NCBI GenBank assembly: GCA_030614005.1
Contig: JAUWKS010000077.1
Location: forward strand, 1-14,294
Length of the DNA stretch: 14,294 bases
Direction: 5' to 3'
Source of the DNA: Candidatus Heimdallarchaeota archaeon
Lineage (GTDB): Archaea > Asgardarchaeota > Heimdallarchaeia > JABLTI01
Shown here: one piece after another, positions 7,789-14,294 of the stretch
How positions within the stretch are numbered: the stretch's first letter is position 1
Layout: every line of letters begins with the position of its first letter
Position numbers and translations under genes: made by a program
The notes under the pieces: generated by a model
What the model saw: only the letters and a program-made list of their open reading frames with translations
What the model was told of the DNA's origin: nothing
The model's database searches: none

Positions 7789-10700
7789 TTAGCTTTGGTC
7801 TATTGATTCCAATATTAGCTGTTCCAGAATCCTGCTTCTTGTAAAGAATAAATCAGCAGCTTGTTCACCAATATATTCATCCACAAGTTCCCCTAACTGA
7901 TTGAACGCTTTAAAGTGTCTCGTTCGTAAAGTATCCTTCAATCCATCACGAAGATATACCCTCATTGAATGAGCTTTTTTCTTCCTTGAGCTAAACGTAG
8001 GTAATAGATCATCAATCATCATAAGGACTCTAGTTTTTCCATCAGAAGTTTTCAAGAATTTGGTATGGTTCATTTTCTCATAATCAGGTTGTAAATATTT
8101 TTTATCGATATTTATCGAACCCATTTCAATGTAGAAATCCTTTGTTCGATTATCAAGTCTCACCAGCAAATCATCTTTTATTGAATCAAAAGCTACACCA
8201 ATTGCTTCTCTAACCACTTTCTTGAATAGTAAGGATACTTCTTGTTCAATGGTATTTCTTACTACTGTTTCTTGATCCAACTTCCCTCGACTGGCTGCTT
8301 CTTGTTGTAAATTTTCCAAAATCTTCTTCTCCAGTGGCAGGTTCCTTTTAGAGTTCTTTTCTAAAACACTCCAAAGTATATCTTCCTTTAATTTGCGTAC
8401 ATATTCAGAATCGCGTACCCAAGTTGAAGCATACAATTCAGACAAAAGACTGAAGCTTCCAAGCACTGCAGTAGTATCGGAGATTATTTTCCTACCATAG
8501 ATTATTCCTTGTTCAGAATCAATAGCAAAATTTTCGGGGTAATAATTTAAAGCAGAAAATTGCTCTAGAGAAGCTTCGTATAGCAAATTTCGAAGGTCTT
8601 TTTTCCGTGCGAAAATCTTTTGGAAAAAGTTTCCACCAGAAAACAGCTGATTTAAAGCTTTCATAAGGCTCTTTGTTTTTTTTATTATTGAAGCGTATCT
8701 CTTCTTTTTTGTTGTGGATCCAGAAGAGGTTTTTTGTTTTGCTTCTATTTTATGCAAATAGTTGTTTAATGACTGATATCGATTTCGGAAAGCACTTTCA
8801 GCGAATAGAACCCAAAGTTCTGTTAGTATTATTGGGTCTTTTATCAGTAGCGTAATTTTATCTGTCAAACCATTTGTTTCAATAGTTACTCTTTTTATGA
8901 GAAATTTACTATCAGATATTTTTGAAGAATCTCTTTTGATAGAGCTTGGATTTACATTCTTGGGAGCAATTTTAGTACTTGAAATTTTATCCGAGGGCTT
9001 GGTTGATTTGGCATCCGTAAACCATCCTGTTTCATAAGCAATTCGTGCCAATTCCAAAGGAGATGGTAAAATGCTTTGGTATTTTAATGCGGTGAGCAAT
9101 AATGATTCCGCATCTTTACTAAAAAGTGCCTGAGCACCAGGTTGTTCGGTTATTGCTTGAATAATACTTCTGAATGAGAAAATTCCTTGCGAATTAAAGA
9201 CAATCTTTTCTATTGCTTCGGAAAGTAATTGTGGTGGTTGAGGATGTTCTTTTGTTCCAAAGAACATTTCAAGAATTTTAGCCACAGTTAATTCCATAGA
9301 ATTCGAAAATGCTTTTGAGAAGAAGGATAAAGCTTCTATGTTTTCAAAACTCTCTCGAGTTATTTTTGATGATTTAAACTGTTTCAAAATAGAGATTTTT
9401 ATTCCGTTTGGAATTGAGAATTGTGCATCCCTTTCGAAACTTCTAATGTTTCTTTGCATTAGCGATAATACAGGATCCTTAGATGGGGAAGCACTGCTTA
9501 CATCTCTCAGTACTCCATTCACCAAACGAAAGACAATTTTAGGTATTGATCTAAATTGATATTGCCGCACAAGGTTTTGCAGAAAATATATCTCAATTAA
9601 ATTCGGAATTGTTGTTATCTTCAAATGCGAGATCGATTTATTGATTTGACGAATAATATACCATAATGCCATTGCTTCATCTTGGGCTGATCTAAATTGT
9701 TCGAATGCTTCTTTCGCCAGTTTTGTTGAGATGTTCAATAAGCGCTTCAGTTTTTCATCGGCTAAAATCAGAAATGGATCTTCTTTCTTAATGAGTTCGA
9801 TAAATTGATCTTGTACTCTGTTAAGAATTTCCTCGCTTTGATTTATCACTTCTTCTGGAGTATAATTAGAAGCAATGTTGCTTAAAATAGAGAAAATTTG
9901 CTTTGATATTTGCTCAGTATTGGCATATGACTTGTTTATAATTGACTTTGCAGTTTTTTCAAAAGTTTCTTTGATAAATGGTATATCAATATGTTTAGTT
10001 TCACTGCACGATAGAAATTTCAGTGGATAATTTTGATATAACTTTTGTAAAAGTGTTTTATATATTTCCTCAAGAATTTGTGTACGTGTTTTCTCTATAG
10101 TACCCAATTTTGCTACTTGAATTTTCTCAAAAATTAAATCTGCATTGATTAAATCAACACTCTCAATTTCTTGTTTGCGTCTTCTTGAACGAGAGCTTGA
10201 CATCTTGCTTAGTTGAGAAACAATTTTGCTGATTTCATTCGAAATATCAGTTCTCGCTGTTTTAGAATTTTTCTTCAAATAATCATTGATTGTTTTATCG
10301 ACTAAACGAAAATCATCTGCTCCAGCAAAATATAAAGGGAATAATGCATCGATTGCTACACCTTCTTGGTAGAAATATTTTGTAAAATCGTCCTTCATCT
10401 GTTGAATTTTTGCTGGTTCAAACTTATGTGAGCGAAAGGCAAGTCGATGGATTCCTTTATCGCTTTGGTTTTCCCAGATATCTGCTAATAATTGTGATAC
10501 ATTTTTATCCATCTTTTTTGCAAATTCTTTTAGTGTATTTGGTGAGTCCTTGTAGAGCTCATTCACAACTTTAGGAATTAATTTCAATGCGTTTTCCAAT
10601 CGAGGTATTTCTCCACCTCCGGTATACAATTTTTCAAAAGTACTTATGATTTTATTTGCAAGGAGTGTACCATAATCAATTAGAAACATGTGATGATATT

Positions 10701-10971
10701 GTTCTAAATCACCAAAATCCCGTATTGCGATCATAATAGATGGTTTATAATTATCTATTTCTAGCCATTTAGATATCAAAACTCCATTCTGGAATTTAGA
10801 ATAATTAGCATTTGTTGCACCGATATCAGATAACCCCATCTCTATTGCAAAACTTGCAAGTGCACCACCAAGAGCTGAAACTAAAGCAGCATCATCTTGG
10901 ACAGAACCTATTGAGAAAAAACTTGTAGTATCTTCATGCGAAATAATGATTTGTGCAACCAATTGTATCAT
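7789..10971 (-). CDS. Large hypothetical protein P2 (1060 aa): N-terminal longin-like domain plus long helical region; paralog of 1910..5023
   Basis: 3.2-kb ORF. Blocks shared with P1 in the same order: QIIIS, LVSALGGALASFA, F[PQ]NGV, DIW.NQ, DALFPLYFA, VDLI, IFEKI.VAK, PLKF, KKE.PF, YFLQN, SILP, AY..GW, LWV.FA, GG...KIF, YIG. Confidence refers to the CDS; the longin call is about 0.6. Confidence 0.9.
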   Translation of the reverse strand: MIQLVAQIIISHEDTTSFFSIGSVQDDAALVSALGGALASFAIEMGLSDIGATNANYSKFQNGVLISKWLEIDNYKPSIMIAIRDFGDLEQYHHMFLIDYGTLLANKIISTFEKLYTGGGEIPRLENALKLIPKVVNELYKDSPNTLKEFAKKMDKNVSQLLADIWENQSDKGIHRLAFRSHKFEPAKIQQMKDDFTKYFYQEGVAIDALFPLYFAGADDFRLVDKTINDYLKKNSKTARTDISNEISKIVSQLSKMSSSRSRRRKQEIESVDLINADLIFEKIQVAKLGTIEKTRTQILEEIYKTLLQKLYQNYPLKFLSCSETKHIDIPFIKETFEKTAKSIINKSYANTEQISKQIFSILSNIASNYTPEEVINQSEEILNRVQDQFIELIKKEDPFLILADEKLKRLLNISTKLAKEAFEQFRSAQDEAMALWYIIRQINKSISHLKITTIPNLIEIYFLQNLVRQYQFRSIPKIVFRLVNGVLRDVSSASPSKDPVLSLMQRNIRSFERDAQFSIPNGIKISILKQFKSSKITRESFENIEALSFFSKAFSNSMELTVAKILEMFFGTKEHPQPPQLLSEAIEKIVFNSQGIFSFRSIIQAITEQPGAQALFSKDAESLLLTALKYQSILPSPLELARIAYETGWFTDAKSTKPSDKISSTKIAPKNVNPSSIKRDSSKISDSKFLIKRVTIETNGLTDKITLLIKDPIILTELWVLFAESAFRNRYQSLNNYLHKIEAKQKTSSGSTTKKKRYASIIKKTKSLMKALNQLFSGGNFFQKIFARKKDLRNLLYEASLEQFSALNYYPENFAIDSEQGIIYGRKIISDTTAVLGSFSLLSELYASTWVRDSEYVRKLKEDILWSVLEKNSKRNLPLEKKILENLQQEAASRGKLDQETVVRNTIEQEVSLLFKKVVREAIGVAFDSIKDDLLVRLDNRTKDFYIEMGSINIDKKYLQPDYEKMNHTKFLKTSDGKTRVLMMIDDLLPTFSSRKKKAHSMRVYLRDGLKDTLRTRHFKAFNQLGELVDEYIGEQAADLFFTRSRILEQLILESIDQS
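7892..7914 (+). repeat. 23-nt imperfect direct repeat, copy 2 (inside the P2 3' coding region; copy 1 at 5031..5053)
   Basis: 21/23 identity to the sequence immediately upstream of P1. Confidence 0.6.
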
Positions 10972-10993
10972 CTGCCTATTTTTTGCCCTGTAT

Positions 10994-11001
10994 CTATATA
11001 A
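10994..11001 (-). promoter_or_regulatory. Candidate TATA box (TTATATAG) for leaderless P2 transcription
   Basis: Begins exactly 30 nt upstream of ATG 10971; no clear SD before the ATG. Confidence 0.5.
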
Positions 11002-11152
11002 TCCACTTTGGAATACCCGTGCCTTTAGAATTTTAGCTTTTTTTCACTTTAAACTTGTTTGGACTCGTTTTAATATTTATGTTTGTGACATTTGTTCATT
11101 TAAAACAAAAAAATCCATTAACAAATCTTATTATGTTTGATTGTGTAGGACA

Positions 11153-11191
11153 TTTATATAAGACAAATTAATTTGAATTTATTATTGGTGA
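11153..11191 (+). promoter_or_regulatory. Candidate TATA box TTTATATA (11153-11160) and SD GGTGA (11187-11191) for the ATPase gene
   Basis: Consensus archaeal TATA box, predicting a TSS near 11183, followed by an archaeal-type SD 5 nt before ATG 11197. Confidence 0.55.
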
Positions 11192-11196
11192 AAAAT

Positions 11197-13839
11197 ATGG
11201 AATATGAGTTTGGAAGATCACCTTGTCATTATTTACCAACAGTGTTGGATCGCTTAGCAGATTTGAACAGTTCGATTATTGATCCGCATGAACGAGCATT
11301 GCTTGCACGAGCAAATATGCTTGCTTATGAACTAACGGATACTAAAGTATATACCACAAATGCAAGAAAAATCGGCAAAGAAATTATGAGGGACATTCTT
11401 ACAAGAGAAAGTTATTTACCAAAAGAATCTGAAATTAAAGTTCTTTATTATCTTCAACGAGAAGGTTCAATTGATTTTAATGAAGCACAAATAGATCGTT
11501 TAATTGAACTCCAAGAAGAATGGCCTGATCCAGATGATCGTATTGGTGCCTTATTATTTGCTTATTCACTTTCAATAGATAAAAAAGATCTCAAAGAAAA
11601 GATTTACGAATTACTAGAATCACTTCCTCGTGAAGAAAAACTATGGCCATATTGTTCTGCTTATATAATGTCCAATAGAGAGTTCGAATTTCCAAATAAC
11701 ATTCTTGACTTAGCCAAAGAAGTTACAGGTGGGGAAGAAGCTGCTGCCTATCTGGATAAAGTTATCTGGATTAAATCAATGTACGACCCAGATTTTGGTC
11801 CCAGGAGTTTCGATGCTAGAAAAGCATTATCAAAGGAAATAGAGCAATGTGACGTTCCAATTGACTTACTGGCTGTTTTAGGTTATATGAGAAACGAAAA
11901 TGTTCTTGAGAATATCCAAAGGAATATTGATGAAGTGAGCGAAAGTCTAAGTTTCGCACCAACAGTTGACCTGCCTATAGAAGCTAGGCGCGCACCAACA
12001 GATGATTCAATTATTCTAGGTCGTGGTAGTTCTACTATCAGAAAAATAGGTTGTCAAGGGACAATGTATTTGGGTAGAGTATCAGAAAAAGGCAAGCATA
12101 ATTTGTATGGCAAAAAAGTACTTGTAGATGCAGTCTTTCCTCATGTTATTTTCATTTCAGGACATAGAGGCTCTGGAAAAAGTTATACTCTTGGCGTTAT
12201 CGCAGAAGAACTTTCGAAAGCAGACCTCGGTGTTGGTGTTATTCTTATTGACCCAATTGGAATCTTTTGGGCGTTGAAAAAAGAAAACTCAGATGTAAAT
12301 GAAAGTGTTCTTCTAGAGAAATGGGGACTTACTCCCGATTTTCTGAAAAATATTGAAATTTTCACCCCAATTGGTATCTATAATGATTATCGAGATGAAA
12401 CTGTTGATTCACCTTTTGCTTTGAAACCTTCTGACCTTCATATTGAAGATTGGTGCAGAACTTTCGATATTGATCGATATGAAATTCGCGGAACTGTTCT
12501 TGAAAAAGCAATGCAAATAGTATCTCGAGAACAACCAGATTACTCACTTGATGATCTAATAGATGCTTTAGATGATCCAGTAATTGTTAATAGCTATCGT
12601 TCAGATTCTATTCAAGCCATTCGTTCTCGTATGAATGCTGCAAAAGTCTGGGGAATCTTTTCAGGAAATGGTACACCTCTTTCAGCATTAAGCTCACCAA
12701 ATAAGGTTTCTGTTTTGGATATCAGTAATCCAAAGATTGGCGATAGTTTACGTGCACTTCTTGTGGGCATAATTGCGCGAAAAATCCTTGAACAAAGAAT
12801 CAAAAGCTCTCGAGGTGAATTATTCGAAACTTCAGGTGAAGACGATGGATCAATACCAGTTACTTGGTTACTAATAGATGAAGCTCATGTTTTAGTACCA
12901 AATAACAAGAAAACTGCTGCATCGGACCCGCTTATTGAGTATGCCAAGCAAGGTCGTAAACCAGGTTGTGCTCTTGTCTTAGTAACTCAACAACCATCAG
13001 CAATGCACAAGAATATTATGAGCCAGATTGATATTATGATTACGCACCTACTCACATTTGAAGATGACATTAAAGCATTTCTAAAACGTGTACCTTCTTC
13101 AGTACCAGATAGATTCGAAGAATCAGATTTCATACGCAGTATGCCAACAGGTGTTGGATTAATATCTGATCAAAAGACTCAGAACAGAAGTTTAGTCGTG
13201 AAAATTAGACCAAGAACTTCCTTGCATGCTGGAAGAGAAGCAGTGCCAAAATCTCTACGAAGTAAAATGCGAAATCAAAAGCAGGCTGCAACTCATATTC
13301 TTGATAAGCGAGATGTAGTAATTGAAACTAAAATTCCAGATAAGGTTGAAAAACTAATCCCAGAACCAATACCTGACAGAAAAGCTCCTAGGAAGAAAGA
13401 AAGATCACAAACACGTCCTGAAAGAAAATCACATAAGAAACCAGCTTCGACAGGGGACTTTCCAGTTCCAGAAGCAACAAAGTTTCCACCAAAGATGCTT
13501 CTAAGTATTCTTGAAAGAAAGTTGGAATACGGACAAAATACGTATCTCTTTGATGGCTCAAAATCAACCAGGTTCGATAAACATCAAAGATCCGGTGTAC
13601 TCAAGGCATCTGTAAATGAGGTAATACCACCAATAATAAAACAACTTGAAGAAATCGGTTGGGAAATTGAAAATACTATTGCTGAACAATCCTCAGTAGT
13701 AATTTTAATGAGGCTTGAAAGTGCAACACTGGGTATTTCATATGCTATACAAGATGGCAATACTGCAATATCATTTATCGTTGTTGCTAAAGAACGTTTC
13801 AAGAAAAATGTCTATAATAAGATATTCAATTTAAGATAG
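11197..13839 (+). CDS. HerA/FtsK-superfamily (DUF87/COG0433-type) P-loop ATPase with an N-terminal helical extension and a C-terminal alpha/beta domain
   Basis: YLGRV strand, PHVIFISGHRGSGKS Walker A (12160-12183), IDPIG, LLIDEAH Walker B (12868-12888), QGRKPG arginine motif and LVTQQPS, in the HerA-family order. The start was moved from TTG 11173 to ATG 11197 on SD evidence. Confidence 0.88.
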   Translation: MEYEFGRSPCHYLPTVLDRLADLNSSIIDPHERALLARANMLAYELTDTKVYTTNARKIGKEIMRDILTRESYLPKESEIKVLYYLQREGSIDFNEAQIDRLIELQEEWPDPDDRIGALLFAYSLSIDKKDLKEKIYELLESLPREEKLWPYCSAYIMSNREFEFPNNILDLAKEVTGGEEAAAYLDKVIWIKSMYDPDFGPRSFDARKALSKEIEQCDVPIDLLAVLGYMRNENVLENIQRNIDEVSESLSFAPTVDLPIEARRAPTDDSIILGRGSSTIRKIGCQGTMYLGRVSEKGKHNLYGKKVLVDAVFPHVIFISGHRGSGKSYTLGVIAEELSKADLGVGVILIDPIGIFWALKKENSDVNESVLLEKWGLTPDFLKNIEIFTPIGIYNDYRDETVDSPFALKPSDLHIEDWCRTFDIDRYEIRGTVLEKAMQIVSREQPDYSLDDLIDALDDPVIVNSYRSDSIQAIRSRMNAAKVWGIFSGNGTPLSALSSPNKVSVLDISNPKIGDSLRALLVGIIARKILEQRIKSSRGELFETSGEDDGSIPVTWLLIDEAHVLVPNNKKTAASDPLIEYAKQGRKPGCALVLVTQQPSAMHKNIMSQIDIMITHLLTFEDDIKAFLKRVPSSVPDRFEESDFIRSMPTGVGLISDQKTQNRSLVVKIRPRTSLHAGREAVPKSLRSKMRNQKQAATHILDKRDVVIETKIPDKVEKLIPEPIPDRKAPRKKERSQTRPERKSHKKPASTGDFPVPEATKFPPKMLLSILERKLEYGQNTYLFDGSKSTRFDKHQRSGVLKASVNEVIPPIIKQLEEIGWEIENTIAEQSSVVILMRLESATLGISYAIQDGNTAISFIVVAKERFKKNVYNKIFNLR

Positions 13840-13843
13840 AAAA

Positions 13844-14293
13844 ATGGATGGATGTGAAGCTATCATGCCTAAGAAAAACAAAATTGATACTTCAGCATTC
13901 ATTGCTCAGAATGAACACATCTTTACAAAACTTTACGAAATACTACTTTGGCCTATCATTCAACCCCTACTATTTGGTATTAATGATGAAATACAAGGAA
14001 CGATTAAACAAGAAGTTTGGATGCTATTCTATTCCAAACTTCAAAAGAAAAATCACAAATCTAAATTACAGAATTTAATCCCCCCCGAAGAAACGCAAAT
14101 ACTGGATTTTATTTCTTCATTAGTCGATGATTTTGCAGAAAGTTTCTATGAAGAAATGATTGAAGAAGAGGATCCCAATAAAGTAATTGAATCCGTAACT
14201 GAACTCATTAATCAACAAATAATCCTATCTTGGATTGAATTAGTAATAGAACAGACAATAACTCCATTGTTAATATTTAGTTTAAAATCCCAA
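13844..14293 (+). CDS. Hypothetical protein, partial (runs off the window end); missing from the ORF track
   Basis: My translation: MDGCEAIMPKKNKIDTSAFIAQNEHIFTKLYEILLWPIIQPLLFGINDEIQGTIKQEVWMLFYSKLQKKNHKSKLQNLIPPEETQILDFISSLVDDFAESFYEEMIEEEDPNKVIESVTELINQQIILSWIELVIEQTITPLLIFSLKSQ. No stop in 150 codons. It starts 4 nt after the ATPase stop; the likely start is ATG 13865, with GTGA upstream. Confidence 0.8.
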   Translation, partial: MDGCEAIMPKKNKIDTSAFIAQNEHIFTKLYEILLWPIIQPLLFGINDEIQGTIKQEVWMLFYSKLQKKNHKSKLQNLIPPEETQILDFISSLVDDFAESFYEEMIEEEDPNKVIESVTELINQQIILSWIELVIEQTITPLLIFSLKSQ

Positions 14294-14294
14294 A

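Noticed and set aside
8673-9559. Small + strand ORFs inside P2, and similar antisense ORFs in tnpB, acdA, V4R, larC and the ATPase
   Set aside because: Antisense to well-supported genes, with typical reverse-frame composition (F/S/I-rich).
1910-10971. P1/P2 as a recent duplication, assembly artefact, SMC/coiled-coil ATPases or membrane proteins
   Set aside because: Synonymous sites are strongly diverged, there are no Walker motifs, and there are no hydrophobic spans long enough for TM helices.
11077-11139. TTATGTTTG direct repeat (11077, 11131) and TTTGTT/AACAAA dyad (11091-11109)
   Set aside because: Short matches in an extremely AT-rich gap, compatible with chance.
10946-11140. 64-aa ORF across the P2 start and the intergenic region
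   Set aside because: Overlaps the P2 start and promoter elements; low-complexity, AT-driven composition.
11197-13839. Calling the ATPase the DNA-repair helicase HerA
   Set aside because: No HAS barrel and no nurA/mre11/rad50 neighbours; only the superfamily is supported, so no gene symbol is given.
13848-14078. 76-aa ORF from the track
   Set aside because: Off-frame shadow of a longer stop-free frame starting at 13844/13865 that has a more protein-like composition.
1-14294. CRISPR array, tRNA, rRNA, integrase or phage genes
   Set aside because: No regularly spaced repeats, cloverleaf or GC-rich structured RNA, and no such ORFs seen.

Overview
AT-rich, gene-dense archaeal window, most consistent with an Asgard (Heimdallarchaeia-like) genome. 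That placement is an inference from longin-like and V4R proteins, archaeal TATA/poly-T signals, an alpha-only ADP-forming acyl-CoA synthetase and the TnpB style. Gene order: 3' part of a TnpB (IS200/IS605) -> acdA -> <- ~1037-aa protein P1 | tandem V4R/Bet3-like protein -> <- larC <- ~1060-aa protein P2 | HerA/DUF87-type ATPase with extra N- and C-terminal domains -> unlisted hypothetical ORF running off the window. P1 and P2 are full-length collinear paralogs. Each has an N-terminal longin-like domain, a long helical body and a conserved internal amphipathic, basic helix. The strongest candidate for an undescribed system is this longin-paralog pair flanking a double Bet3/V4R-fold gene, which parallels the subunit logic of eukaryotic TRAPP and adaptor/coat complexes. 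Fold assignments are by eye and need profile or structure confirmation. No rRNA, tRNA or CRISPR array was seen.
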